From: Patescibacteria group bacterium UBA926
Lineage (GTDB): Bacteria > Patescibacteriota > Doudnabacteria > UBA920
Assembly: GCA_002293685.1 (NCBI GenBank)
Contig: DBDS01000004.1
Location: 34,479 to 98,478, forward strand
DNA: 64,000 bases
Reading direction: 5' to 3'
Of this stretch, positions 18,104 through 27,740 are shown piece by piece; position 1 is the first letter of the stretch; each line of letters begins with the position of its first letter. Position numbers and translations under genes: made by a program. The notes under the pieces were generated by a model. The model searched no databases. It had not been told where the DNA came from and worked only from the letters and a program-made list of their open reading frames with translations.

Positions 18104-18382
18104 CCCTGTTAAATAATTTCAAATTTAAACATGCACTATGTTTATGTACTGTGTTCAGAGAAGGATAAAAAATGGTATACTGGTTATACTAGAAATTTGA
18201 AATTAAGATTTGAGCAACATAGGTTAGGTAAAGTAGTTTCTACTAAGCATCGCAGGCCTTTGAAGCTAATTTATTATGAAGCCTGTTTGAACCAACAAGA
18301 TGCAACTCACCGAGAAAAGTATTTAAAAACTTTTCATAGTAAAGTATTTATCAAACGTAGGCTCAAATCTTATTTAACAGGG
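18104..18382 (+). mobile_element. minimal GIY-YIG cassette: 84-aa nuclease gene bounded by inverted repeats CCCTGTTAAATAA / TATTTAACAGGG
   Basis: The inverted repeats abut the ORF, whose last codons YLTG* are encoded by the right-hand repeat. ORF-less repeat pairs occur at 11716-11816, 12734-12825 and 57209-57313. Confidence 0.6.
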
Positions 18383-18385
18383 TAA
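18131..18385 (+). CDS. GIY-YIG nuclease family protein (COG2827-like)
   Basis: MHYVYVLCSEKDKKWYTGYTRNLKLRFEQHRLG, carrying the GIY...YIG motif. Confidence 0.8.
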   Translation: MHYVYVLCSEKDKKWYTGYTRNLKLRFEQHRLGKVVSTKHRRPLKLIYYEACLNQQDATHREKYLKTFHSKVFIKRRLKSYLTG

Positions 18386-18387
18386 AC

Positions 18388-19095
18388 ATGCTAGCTAGAG
18401 ATTTAATGACAAAAAAGGTAATCACTGTTACTCCCGAAACACTCGTAAGTGAGGTAGCGGATCTTCTTCATAAGTATCATTTCACTGGCGTCCCTGTTGT
18501 AAATGATGAAGGTCGTGTTTTGGGTACTATTTCGGAACGAGATTTCATTACCGCCGATTCAAACTTGTATTTACCTACATATATTCATATGCTTTCGAAT
18601 CTAGATTATGTGAGAGGTTCGAACAAGCAACTTCCTCATGTGGTTGAGCAAGTGGTGAATGCAAAAGCAAAAGATATTATGAACCAAACCATTCCTTTTG
18701 CCCGACCTGATACTTCGATTGAAGAAATTGCCCGCATGTTCGCAGAGCAACGCGTGAACCCAGTGCCTGTCACCGACAGCACAAATAAATTACTAGGCGT
18801 AATTGCTCGTAGTGATTTAATTAAATTCTTTTCTCCTGGAATGGTTCGCTCTTCATATATTCCCCAGCAGGAAACTGTGCCTCGTGCACGGATGATTGAT
18901 TCTCAAGTTGCATACACACAATCCCATTTCTCTTCGACTTTTGCTTATGTTGCAAAAGCTAGGGCAAATATTTGGATAACCACAGCTGTTGTATTATTTT
19001 TGGTAGGTTTTATCGGGGGAATAATTTATGTTGCTGACCCGAATGTGTTTCGTGGTAAAATGAGCCCACAGTATTTACCAACTCAGGAAGAATAA
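18388..19095 (+). CDS. CBS-domain pair protein with C-terminal TM helix
   Basis: Two CBS-like segments (VITVTPETLVSEVADLL... and GVIARSDLIKF). Confidence 0.75.
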   Translation: MLARDLMTKKVITVTPETLVSEVADLLHKYHFTGVPVVNDEGRVLGTISERDFITADSNLYLPTYIHMLSNLDYVRGSNKQLPHVVEQVVNAKAKDIMNQTIPFARPDTSIEEIARMFAEQRVNPVPVTDSTNKLLGVIARSDLIKFFSPGMVRSSYIPQQETVPRARMIDSQVAYTQSHFSSTFAYVAKARANIWITTAVVLFLVGFIGGIIYVADPNVFRGKMSPQYLPTQEE

Positions 19096-19098
19096 TCA

Positions 19099-19821
19099 AT
19101 GTCTCGAGAATATAAATTAACAGGTTTCGTAATCAAGTCACAAGACTTAGGTGAGGCAGATTTGCTCCTCACTTTTTTTTCATTGTCGGAAGGAAAAATT
19201 CGCGCAGTTGTGAAATCGGCAAAAAAACTCACAAGTAGATTAGCAGGGAGAATTCAACCTGCTGCAGAAATCGAAATTAATTTGGCAGGAAATAATAGTT
19301 TACCAAAGTTGATTGGCGCGCAGGTTATGAATGCTTATTCTTCAGTTTTGGATTTTGAGGATAGCATGGCCACGCTTGTTGCCATGCAGGAATTTGTCAA
19401 TCGATCACTTCCTGATGGACAGCCAAACGAACAATTATTTGAGATCTATAGATCTTCACTCATAGAACTGGCAAAACATTCCGAATTATCCGGGTTGATA
19501 CTGGCAAGATTTTTTGCTCAAGGTTTGTCTGCACTGGGATTCGCGCCAATGGAACTAGATAAAAATTCAGAACTTGAATCCGAAATCTATTTTAGTAAAC
19601 AGGAAGGAAGATTTTCCAAAAATTCAATTAGTACTGATGATGTAAAAATATCTCCGGAGCTCCATAAATTATACATTCATCTACTATCTGGCGATTCTTT
19701 TAATGAAGCAATTGAACTAGGCTTGCAAAAACAAATTCTTTTCTTTTTGAATAATTTTATTAGCTACCAACTAGAAAGACCACTCCATGGTGCACAATAC
19801 TTTTTTAGCCAAAAGCCGTGA
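19099..19821 (+). CDS. recO: DNA repair protein RecO
   Basis: 240-aa protein with the RecO N-terminal OB-fold pattern (LTGFVIKSQDLGEADLLLTFFSLSEGKIRAVVKSAKK). Confidence 0.7.
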   Translation: MSREYKLTGFVIKSQDLGEADLLLTFFSLSEGKIRAVVKSAKKLTSRLAGRIQPAAEIEINLAGNNSLPKLIGAQVMNAYSSVLDFEDSMATLVAMQEFVNRSLPDGQPNEQLFEIYRSSLIELAKHSELSGLILARFFAQGLSALGFAPMELDKNSELESEIYFSKQEGRFSKNSISTDDVKISPELHKLYIHLLSGDSFNEAIELGLQKQILFFLNNFISYQLERPLHGAQYFFSQKP

Positions 19822-19836
19822 TATAATTAAGTTATT

Positions 19837-21663
19837 ATGGAAGATTTTAAACCTCAAGAAGTTAAAGGTCCGGATAAAAATGGACCATTAGAACCGCAAA
19901 GCATTCCTCCCGAAAACGTTTTAGTACCAGAACAACCTCCAGAATCAGGCGGAATTATGAACTTTTTATCAAACAATAAATGGTATGTAATTGCCATTGT
20001 TGCAGGATTGTTCATTATCGGCGCTTTGGCGGCGTTTGCATTCTGGCCACGATCCGAGCCGAGAACTCAAGAGGCGAAAGTACAACTTAGTATTGAAGCT
20101 CCTCAAACCACTCAAGCAGGAGGGGAGGTGATTTACAGAATTCAAGTTTTGAATGAAGACTCAGCTTCACTCACTGGAATGAATTTGGAATTGGTATATG
20201 ATGACGGAATGTCTTATGTTTCTAGCTCTCCTAAGGCAGAAAATATTTCTGGAACAAGTTTTAGCGTTCCAGATTTAGCTCCAGGTCAAAATGCAATACT
20301 TTTAGTAAAAACACTTGCTCAAGGAAATGTCAATGATAATAAGCGATTAGTTGCTAGACTTCGATATAAATTCGACAATTTTAGTTCTACGTTTACTGCT
20401 GAAACTAATCACACGACTAGGTTGATTGCCGCAAATGTTATTTTAGATATTAGTGGTAAGCAGCAAGTTAATAGTGGTGAATCATTGACTTATAACATTT
20501 CTTATAGAAACACCTCAACACGCCCTATTGATAATGGACGTATTCAGGTCAAATATCCAGAAGGATTTGAGTTTTCTAACAGCAGCCCAGCTACTTCATT
20601 AGCGAATAATATTTGGAATCTAAGTAGTTTAACTCCAAATCAATCGGGGCAGATTAGTTTCCAAGGAACTATGGGCTCAGCGAGGGTGGGGCAAAGTCAA
20701 AGTTTTATAGTTGAATTTTTGGTACCAGACGACTCAGGAAATTACTTCACCCAATCCAGTGTAACTTATGATATTGAAATTGCAACTCAGCCGCTGTCCG
20801 TGGATGCTAGGGTGACTTCTGGTGGAGTTGCAGGGGGAATCGTTCGACCAGGAAGTCAAGTTGCTATTGAGATCCGATATCAAAACAACACTCAAGTGGT
20901 GAATACTGGTTTACAACTTTTGGCGGAAATTGATTCTAGTAGTATTGTGAATGGTTCTATTCAGACCGAAGCAGGTTTTGTTCAAGATCAAGTTGTAAAT
21001 TGGAATGCTTCGTCGCGGCCTACACTCGAGCAATTGAACGTAGGGCAGTCAGGCACAGTCACTGTTCGATTCACAATCGCTAATCCTGCAACTACATCTG
21101 AAAACAAAGATTTAACAGTTGTGATTAGGCCGCGAATAAAATCCAATCAAAACGCACAATTTTTGAGCGGTGGTGAAGTGGTTCTAAAAATCGCTAGCCC
21201 TTCCGAATTAACTGGTGGAGTTACTCATGCCGGTGGTTCGCTACCTCCAAAAGTTGGTACTCAGAGTAGTTTCAGAGTACGATTAGCCCTGAAGAACAGC
21301 TCTAATGATTATCGAGAAGGTGTTCTCATCGGCTATGTTCCTGTGGGGGTCAATCTAGATACTAACAGTATTACTCAGTTAGAACGTAGTTCGGTACAGT
21401 TTGATGTATCTACTGGAAAGTTAACTTGGAGTGTTGGTCAACTGGTGGCACACGCGGGAAGATTAAGGCCAGAGCGGGTGCTGGAGTTCACAGTAAGCAC
21501 TACACCAGGAGCTTCTCAGGTCGGACAAGCTATTAGTTTGTTCCGCGATATAGATTTCACAGCAACAGATAGCTTTACTTCAGAAAGCATTCAATTAGAT
21601 ACCTCCGACCTTTCATCTGCTAACCTTCCTGAAGGCAGTAATCAAGGAAGAGTAACGCCATAA
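19837..21663 (+). CDS. membrane-anchored surface protein with DUF11-like repeats
   Basis: 608-aa ORF with an N-terminal TM helix and Ser/Thr/Asn/Gln-rich beta-type repeats. Confidence 0.45.
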   Translation: MEDFKPQEVKGPDKNGPLEPQSIPPENVLVPEQPPESGGIMNFLSNNKWYVIAIVAGLFIIGALAAFAFWPRSEPRTQEAKVQLSIEAPQTTQAGGEVIYRIQVLNEDSASLTGMNLELVYDDGMSYVSSSPKAENISGTSFSVPDLAPGQNAILLVKTLAQGNVNDNKRLVARLRYKFDNFSSTFTAETNHTTRLIAANVILDISGKQQVNSGESLTYNISYRNTSTRPIDNGRIQVKYPEGFEFSNSSPATSLANNIWNLSSLTPNQSGQISFQGTMGSARVGQSQSFIVEFLVPDDSGNYFTQSSVTYDIEIATQPLSVDARVTSGGVAGGIVRPGSQVAIEIRYQNNTQVVNTGLQLLAEIDSSSIVNGSIQTEAGFVQDQVVNWNASSRPTLEQLNVGQSGTVTVRFTIANPATTSENKDLTVVIRPRIKSNQNAQFLSGGEVVLKIASPSELTGGVTHAGGSLPPKVGTQSSFRVRLALKNSSNDYREGVLIGYVPVGVNLDTNSITQLERSSVQFDVSTGKLTWSVGQLVAHAGRLRPERVLEFTVSTTPGASQVGQAISLFRDIDFTATDSFTSESIQLDTSDLSSANLPEGSNQGRVTP

Positions 21664-21764
21664 ATTTTAGTTACTCAAGCTAGTTTAAAAGTAGTAAATA
21701 AATAATTTGAGATGGTTGCCCAAGTTTATCTAGGAAAACCATCTTTTTATTTTTGCATTTAACA

Positions 21765-21806
21765 ACTCTACCCCGATTTGTGCGGCCGCACAAATCGGGG
21801 TAGAGT
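21765..21806. repeat. 42-bp perfect palindrome (second copy of the GCGGCCGC-core hairpin) between convergent genes
   Basis: ACTCTACCCCGATTTGTGCGG|CCGCACAAATCGGGGTAGAGT. Its 36-bp core is identical to 192-227. Confidence 0.9.
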
Positions 21807-21853
21807 AAGTGACAATACAAAAACCACCAGTTTTACACTGGTGGCTAGTTTAC

Positions 21854-22888
21854 TTATGGGTGAATGATTGCTAATACTTTAGGATCACTCATATCTAGAG
21901 TTCGAACTGTACGGACTCCTAGTCCAGCATAATTGTGTTCGCTGAAAGTGACTTTGGTACCTTCAACTTTTTCAATGTAACCAACGTGTCCATAGCGACT
22001 GTTTTCACTAGTTTGGATAATTGATCCAACTTTTGGTGTTTTGTTAACTGTCGCTCCTGCGCTCCTTGCGTTTTTAGCCCACATATTTGCGTTACCTCGC
22101 CAGTAGACTTTTACCTTACTCGCAACGTAGGCTGTACAATGCCCACGAGCAAACTTGTTACTACCAACGAATGCAGCTCTTGGTACAGATGGAGTGATTG
22201 CAGCAACTCTAGTTGAATTAGTCGGTGCTGGTTTAGGTGGTTCAGGAAGCTGACCACCTGGAACGATTAGGTAGCTACCTTTTTCCAGCACTGCATCAGG
22301 ACCATCTAGTCCGTTGTATGCAATCATTTTTTCTAGACTTGCCTGGTACTTACCAGCAACGTCATCAAGGGAAAGATCTGGGTTGCTAACATGGATTACA
22401 ATACCATCTACTGGTGGAATAATTAGATCCCAACCTGCTAGTAGAGCATTGTTTGGTAAACTATTTGTTTCGCGAATCGTTTTTGTTGAAACACCAAATT
22501 TTTCGGAAACAGTGTAAACTGTATCAAATGGCTGGGTCTTATAGATAGTAACTTGTCGCTCTACTAAACTTTTAACACTGTCCGGATTAGATTTGGTGAT
22601 ACCTGTATCATCAATTTGAATTTCTTCAGAATTAGGCAGATCTGTCTGGTCCCCAAGAACGCGAGGAGTCAATTGATCGAAGCTATTGGCATTAGCTTGA
22701 GAGAAAATACTATTATTAGCCACTTTAGTGCTAATGGTATTTTGTCGATCAGCTAACTGTGGGTTTAGATTGCTGTGATTGCGAAGTAATTGACTAGCTA
22801 AGCTACCGTCTTTGTGCTTGTAATCTGCTGATAAGGGATTAAAGATTATTACATTAATCGCTGCCGCTGTAATTACCACAATTCCCAC
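21854..22888 (-). CDS. CHAP-domain peptidoglycan hydrolase with LysM-like region and N-terminal TM helix
   Basis: The C-terminus ...ARGHCTAYVASKV...GHVGYIEKV shows a CHAP Cys/His arrangement. Confidence 0.65.
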   Translation of the reverse strand: MGIVVITAAAINVIIFNPLSADYKHKDGSLASQLLRNHSNLNPQLADRQNTISTKVANNSIFSQANANSFDQLTPRVLGDQTDLPNSEEIQIDDTGITKSNPDSVKSLVERQVTIYKTQPFDTVYTVSEKFGVSTKTIRETNSLPNNALLAGWDLIIPPVDGIVIHVSNPDLSLDDVAGKYQASLEKMIAYNGLDGPDAVLEKGSYLIVPGGQLPEPPKPAPTNSTRVAAITPSVPRAAFVGSNKFARGHCTAYVASKVKVYWRGNANMWAKNARSAGATVNKTPKVGSIIQTSENSRYGHVGYIEKVEGTKVTFSEHNYAGLGVRTVRTLDMSDPKVLAIIHP

Positions 22889-23476
22889 TAAAATTTCACT
22901 TGAGAAATTAACACTATATTGCCAACCATTCAGTTTCTGGTTTAGTTGAACTGAAGGGTGGTGGTCAGTGTAGTGCTTGGATAGGTGAGGGTATTGAGCC
23001 TTTAAGCTGTGAAGTAATTTTTTAAAGAAGTATTGGCTAATGAACCAATATCTTTTTAGTTTTTTAAGTAAATATTGCGTTAAATGCGAAGCGGGTATAT
23101 GAGTGCCTTTGGCAGAATGCCAACACCAAATTTCCGATCAGCCCCAGTTCAGACGTTTGTATTCCAAACTTCCCTCCAGAAGCCACCAAAAACTTGGGTT
23201 AATTGTTTTTAAATAGTGTAATTTATTGGGATTTTTCTCCAAAATCGACTGATTGGAGTGATTACTTAGCAAGTTTAACAAGGGTCTGAACTGAATACAA
23301 GTCAGGTTGGGGATTAGTGATAAATTGACCACAATTTAAGCCATTTTTTTTCCACAACCCGCATAAATAAAAGGAAAATCACGACTAAATCACAATATTT
23401 TTAGGGCCTCTATTTTTGGGTTGTATTCAACACAAATCAGATTGGAAATTATAATAATGCTATAATTTCTGTAGAT

Positions 23477-25606
23477 ATGGAACTTAATCATCTCAATCAA
23501 GCACAACGTACAGCCGTGACCGCTCCGCTCGGTCCGGTTTTGGTTTTGGCCGGTGCAGGAAGCGGGAAGACTCGCGTTTTAACTTACCGAATCGCTCATA
23601 TTATAGAGCAGGGGCTTTACCGCCCTGATCAAATATTGGCAGTGACTTTTACAAATAAAGCGGCTAAGGAAATGCAAAGTCGTATTGCGAAATTACTTGC
23701 CGAAGGTGGCAACCAGAAGTTGGTGAGTCAGCCAGTTCTTGGAACTTTCCATTCCATTGGTGTTCGAATTCTCAGAAAATATATTTCTAAGCTCGGTTAT
23801 AACCCAAGTTTCTCGATTGCCGACAGCGACGATCAGTTAAAAATTATTAAGGATATTTTAAAAGATTTAGCTGTGCCGAAGCAGTTCGGAGCACCGTTAT
23901 TTAGAGCTTACATCTCTTCGGCGAAGAACTTGTTGCAAACCCCTGCCCAAATGGACTTAGGTTTGGATGGTCATATCCGTGATTTAGCGGCTCAGGTCTA
24001 CGGGCGTTATCAAGACTTTCTATTTAAGCAGAACAATGTTGATTTTGATGATTTGTTAATGCTACCAATCATTTTGTTTCAGAATTTCCCTGAAGTACTA
24101 AGATCTTTCCAAGAGCGATGGCAGTATATATTAGTAGACGAGTATCAGGACACCAACCAAGCTCAGTATATGTTCCTTCATTTATTGGCAAAATCAGGAA
24201 ATATTTTTGTGGTTGGTGACGACGCTCAAAGTATTTATGGTTTTCGTGGTAGTAATATTGCTAATATCTTAAATTTTGAAAAGGACTTTCCAAACGCCCA
24301 AGTGATTAAACTTGAACAAAATTATCGTTCTACTAAGAATATTTTAGCGGCTGCACAAAAAGTTATTGAGTTGAATAGTGAGCAAAAACCAAAAACGTTA
24401 TGGACCGATAATGATGATGGCGATAAGGTTATGATTAAAGAGGTTTATGATGGTCACACTGAAGCTGTGTTTGTCGCCAAAAAGATTGTTAGTCTTTCCT
24501 CAGGGGTAGAAGACGAATGGGAATATGAACTAGATGATGATGAACAACCTCAAACCTTCTCTATATTAGATACTTTTTTAGCACAGCAAAAGCGACGAGG
24601 CGGTTCTGGTAAATCATGGTCTGGAGCAATTGGCATTCCGCAGCTGCCAAAAAACCATGGACCATTAAATGAGTTTGCTGTTTTGTATCGCACTCATGCG
24701 CAGAGTCGTCAGATTGAAGAAGTTTTCATAACAGCAGGAATCCCATATCACATTGTTGGCGGTGTGAAGTTCTATGAACGAAAAGAAATCAAAGATGTTT
24801 TAGCATATCTTAGATTGTTGATTAATCCGCTCGATATCTTAGCTTTAGATAGAGTTATTAATTTGCCACCACGAGGAATTGGTGAAAAATCATTCGAGCA
24901 AATCCGAAAGTATGTACTTGCTTTGCCAAAAGGTTTGTCGGTTGAGGAAGTCGCTACAAAATTAGGACAATTAGCATTACCCCCAAAGCAGCGAGCTGGT
25001 TTAAATCAGTTCTGGGGAATTTTGAAAAAAGCTGCTTTGGTTCCGGAAGAAGTGACTCTTTCGGAATTACTTAAAGTTGTTGTCAAGCTTTCGGGAATCG
25101 ATGATTTGTTAAATGATGGTACTGACATAGGTGAAGTTCGTCGCGAAAACGTTCGTGAATTGTTTAACGTGACTGCAAAATTTGATAACACGGCTTGGCA
25201 TGAAGGCCTTCAGTTGTTTTTAGAGGAAGTCGCCTTAATCACTGATTTAGACAACTTAACTGATGAACGCAACTCTGTAACATTGATGACACTTCATGCT
25301 GCAAAAGGTTTGGAGTTCGATACTGTGTTTTTTGTAGGCTTAGAAGAAGGGATTTTGCCTCATACTAATAGTTTGTTTGATCCAAAAGAATTGGCAGAAG
25401 AGGTTAGATTGGCCTACGTTGGCTTGACTCGTGCCCGTAAGAGATTATTTTTATTATATGCGCAAGGCCGTCAGATGTACGGCAGTTTTCAGAATAATGC
25501 TCCTTCACGTATTTTACACGCGCTACCTAAAGAAGTTATTAATGCAGCAGCGGGTACTAAGCTCGCAGCTCAGGATGGCGATTATTCCTACGAACCATTT
25601 GAGTAA
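23477..25606 (+). CDS. pcrA: ATP-dependent DNA helicase, UvrD/PcrA family
   Basis: 709-aa protein with Walker A VLAGAGSGKTRVLTYR and helicase motifs (DEYQDTN, VGDDAQSIYGFRG). Confidence 0.9.
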   Translation: MELNHLNQAQRTAVTAPLGPVLVLAGAGSGKTRVLTYRIAHIIEQGLYRPDQILAVTFTNKAAKEMQSRIAKLLAEGGNQKLVSQPVLGTFHSIGVRILRKYISKLGYNPSFSIADSDDQLKIIKDILKDLAVPKQFGAPLFRAYISSAKNLLQTPAQMDLGLDGHIRDLAAQVYGRYQDFLFKQNNVDFDDLLMLPIILFQNFPEVLRSFQERWQYILVDEYQDTNQAQYMFLHLLAKSGNIFVVGDDAQSIYGFRGSNIANILNFEKDFPNAQVIKLEQNYRSTKNILAAAQKVIELNSEQKPKTLWTDNDDGDKVMIKEVYDGHTEAVFVAKKIVSLSSGVEDEWEYELDDDEQPQTFSILDTFLAQQKRRGGSGKSWSGAIGIPQLPKNHGPLNEFAVLYRTHAQSRQIEEVFITAGIPYHIVGGVKFYERKEIKDVLAYLRLLINPLDILALDRVINLPPRGIGEKSFEQIRKYVLALPKGLSVEEVATKLGQLALPPKQRAGLNQFWGILKKAALVPEEVTLSELLKVVVKLSGIDDLLNDGTDIGEVRRENVRELFNVTAKFDNTAWHEGLQLFLEEVALITDLDNLTDERNSVTLMTLHAAKGLEFDTVFFVGLEEGILPHTNSLFDPKELAEEVRLAYVGLTRARKRLFLLYAQGRQMYGSFQNNAPSRILHALPKEVINAAAGTKLAAQDGDYSYEPFE

Positions 25607-25614
25607 GGAATAAA

Positions 25615-25693
25615 CAGTAATCAGTAAGAAGTAAATAGTAGTAAGTAAGAAGGGTAAATACATTTTACTTATTACTCTTTACTTTCTACTTAA
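25615..25693. repeat. AT-rich GTAAG/CTTAC imperfect long hairpin just upstream of rsmA
   Basis: AGTAAGAAGTAAATAGTAGTAAGTAAGAAGG...CATTTTACTTATTACTCTTTACTTTCTACTT. A similar element lies at 35795-35888. Confidence 0.6.
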
Positions 25694-25700
25694 TAATAAA

Positions 25701-26654
25701 ATGACAATAGATACTCTTAAAAGTTTATTAAAACACTATGGTCTAAATCCTAACAAGACATACGGTCAGCATTTTTTAATGGACGAAACAATTCTTGAAG
25801 ACATGGCTGATGTTGCTGATGTTAAAGCGGGGGATATGGTTGTAGAAATCGGACCAGGGATTGGTAACTTGACTGAAATTTTGTTAAAGCGAGAAGCAAC
25901 TGTTTTATCAATTGAAAAAGATGAACAGTTTATAAGAGTTCTTCGCACGCTTTCAAAGCAATACAAAAATTTTGAGTATGAGTTAATTGATGCATTGAAA
26001 TTTAATTTCTCCTCTTTCCTGTCATCCCCGGGCGAGCGTAGTGAGAACCGGGGATCCACTAGTGGGTCCCGGCTAGCCCGCGCGACTTCGTCCGCCAAAA
26101 TCTCTACGAGATTTAGGCGGACTTCGTCGCTTGTAGCTGCCGGGAAGACACCACAGTATAAAGTTGTCGCCAACATTCCTTACTACATCACTGGGAAAAT
26201 TGTTCAATTGTTTTTGAAGCAGGAGCATAAACCAAAAAGCATGACATTGCTTATGCAGAAAGAAGTTGCTAACAATATTGTTGCGAAAGTTGGACAACTA
26301 AACTTGTTAGCAATTTCTGTACAACTATATGGCGACGCAAAATTAGTTACAAAAGTTCCTGCTTTTAAATTTCATCCGGCTCCAAAAGTTGAGAGCGCAG
26401 TTATTCATATCGAATTATTTTCCAAACCAAAATATAAATTGAAAGACGAGCAAAAGTTTTTTCGAGTGTTGCGCGCTTGCTTTGCAGGGAAGCGAAAGCA
26501 AATCCATAACACACTGACAAATAATTTAGGACTAGAAAAAACTGTTGCATTGCAAAGTTTGGAAAATATAAATGTTGACCCAACGGCAAGACCACAGCAA
26601 CTAACAATCGAACAATGGATTAAGTTAGTAGACTCAATTGAATTGCCAAATTAA
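25701..26654 (+). CDS. rsmA: 16S rRNA (adenine1518/1519-N6)-dimethyltransferase RsmA/KsgA with ~44-codon in-frame GC-rich insert
   Basis: Contains GQHFLMDE, VVEIGPGIGNLT and YKVVANIPYYITG motifs. It is 317 aa versus ~270 for typical KsgA. The insert lies between FNF and YKVVANIPY. Confidence 0.9.
   Translation: MTIDTLKSLLKHYGLNPNKTYGQHFLMDETILEDMADVADVKAGDMVVEIGPGIGNLTEILLKREATVLSIEKDEQFIRVLRTLSKQYKNFEYELIDALKFNFSSFLSSPGERSENRGSTSGSRLARATSSAKISTRFRRTSSLVAAGKTPQYKVVANIPYYITGKIVQLFLKQEHKPKSMTLLMQKEVANNIVAKVGQLNLLAISVQLYGDAKLVTKVPAFKFHPAPKVESAVIHIELFSKPKYKLKDEQKFFRVLRACFAGKRKQIHNTLTNNLGLEKTVALQSLENINVDPTARPQQLTIEQWIKLVDSIELPN
26019..26150. repeat. GC-rich palindromic element E6 inserted in frame in rsmA
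   Basis: TGTCATCCCCGGGCGAGCGTAGTGAGAACCGGGGATCCACTAGTGGGTCCCGGCTAGCCCGCGCGACTTCGTCCGCCAAAATCTCTACGAGATTTAGGCGGACTTCGTCGCTTGTAGCTGCCGGGAAGACA. It is homologous to 53002-53039, 57601-57679 and 14583-14657. Confidence 0.9.
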
Positions 26655-26667
26655 AATTTATTCCTGT

Positions 26668-26782
26668 TGTCATCCTGAGCGTAGCGAATGATCTAGTTCC
26701 GAGATTCTTCGGCTTTGCCTCAGAATGACATTTGGCACTCCGCATTTGAGTTAAAAATGATCCCGGGTCTCAGCCCGGGATT
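26668..26782. repeat. GC-rich palindromic element E7 (12-bp termini TGTCATCCTGAG / CTCAGAATGACA) plus GATCCCGGGTCTCAGCCCGGGATTT hairpin
   Basis: The element sits in the convergent intergenic region and probably doubles as a bidirectional terminator. Its reverse complement is homologous to the gatB insert at 60733-60822. Confidence 0.85.
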
Positions 26783-26797
26783 TCTTTATGTTTTGTT

Positions 26798-27286
26798 TTA
26801 GAACTGAATCGTGTCACCAACTTTAATTTGATTTCTTTGCGACCAACCAGCAATAACTTCTAGAACGTGAGTGATATCACCTGGCGGAGGATAAGATGGA
26901 AGGCTCTCGTTAGAAGTCGGTGCTGGAACATTCGGTGTAATCCCAATTATTTTATTGTCAGCGATCCAAATTATGTCGATATTGAATTTCATATCCTTCA
27001 TCCAAAAACTTGGTTGTCTGATAGTTGTGTTTGTAAAATCAAAAAGCATTCCTTGTTGTTCTGTTAATGGATCTCGTCCAGATAATCCCTGGGCACGAGT
27101 TTCATCAGTCGCTACAACTTCAACTAATAAACTTGCGTCGCCAACAGTAATCGGAATATCGTATGCAGTTGAAATTGTGGATTCACTTTGAACATTTGGA
27201 CGCTGTGGTTCTGCGAAAGTTGGCTCATTACAACCTGCAAATAGGAACAGGGGAGAGAGTAATAAAATATAAATCTGAATCCGTTT
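26798..27286 (-). CDS. DUF192-family lipoprotein
   Basis: Start taken at MKRIQIY with lipobox LFAGC. The called ORF extends further upstream without support. Confidence 0.55.
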   Translation of the reverse strand, partial: KRIQIYILLLSPLFLFAGCNEPTFAEPQRPNVQSESTISTAYDIPITVGDASLLVEVVATDETRAQGLSGRDPLTEQQGMLFDFTNTTIRQPSFWMKDMKFNIDIIWIADNKIIGITPNVPAPTSNESLPSYPPPGDITHVLEVIAGWSQRNQIKVGDTIQF

Positions 27287-27373
27287 CATAGCTATTGCCA
27301 AAATGGTTAATTTCTGATATAATAATAACAAAGTTACTGAATTTCCGAAACAAAAATCAAAATAAAACTTAAT

Positions 27374-27739
27374 ATGTCTAATCAATTTGTACAAAAAATC
27401 GCTTCGGTGGTTTTAATTCTTGGGATATTTGTGAGCCTTTTTATGGCAGCGCAAACCGCGCGTGCACAAACCCAATCGCTGCCAATCACTCAACCATTTG
27501 GTGGAGCAATTTTATTTTCTGTTCCTCCATCACCTACTTGTGGAACAGCGCATACAATTATCTTTGATTTTAGATCAATGTCAGTTAGAGCAGTGGCACC
27601 TGTACCTTCTAGTAGAATTTATGAAAATCGGAATTTAACCACTCCTGGGACTTTTGTTTTGGGAAATTATACGAACACCCCGATACCTTGCTTGCTTCCA
27701 TATCCAATTTTTCCAATTTCTCAAGTAGGTACATCATAA
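27374..27739 (+). CDS. hypothetical secreted protein (signal peptide), first gene of the T4SS-like region
   Basis: 121-aa ORF with an N-terminal hydrophobic segment and AQTARA cleavage-like site. Confidence 0.4.
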   Translation: MSNQFVQKIASVVLILGIFVSLFMAAQTARAQTQSLPITQPFGGAILFSVPPSPTCGTAHTIIFDFRSMSVRAVAPVPSSRIYENRNLTTPGTFVLGNYTNTPIPCLLPYPIFPISQVGTS

Positions 27740-27740
27740 A

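Noticed and set aside
25766-26297. Antisense ORFs 25766-26176 and 26073-26297 inside rsmA
   Set aside because: They are opposite-strand frames kept open by the GC-rich palindromic insert. rsmA on the plus strand has clear family motifs.
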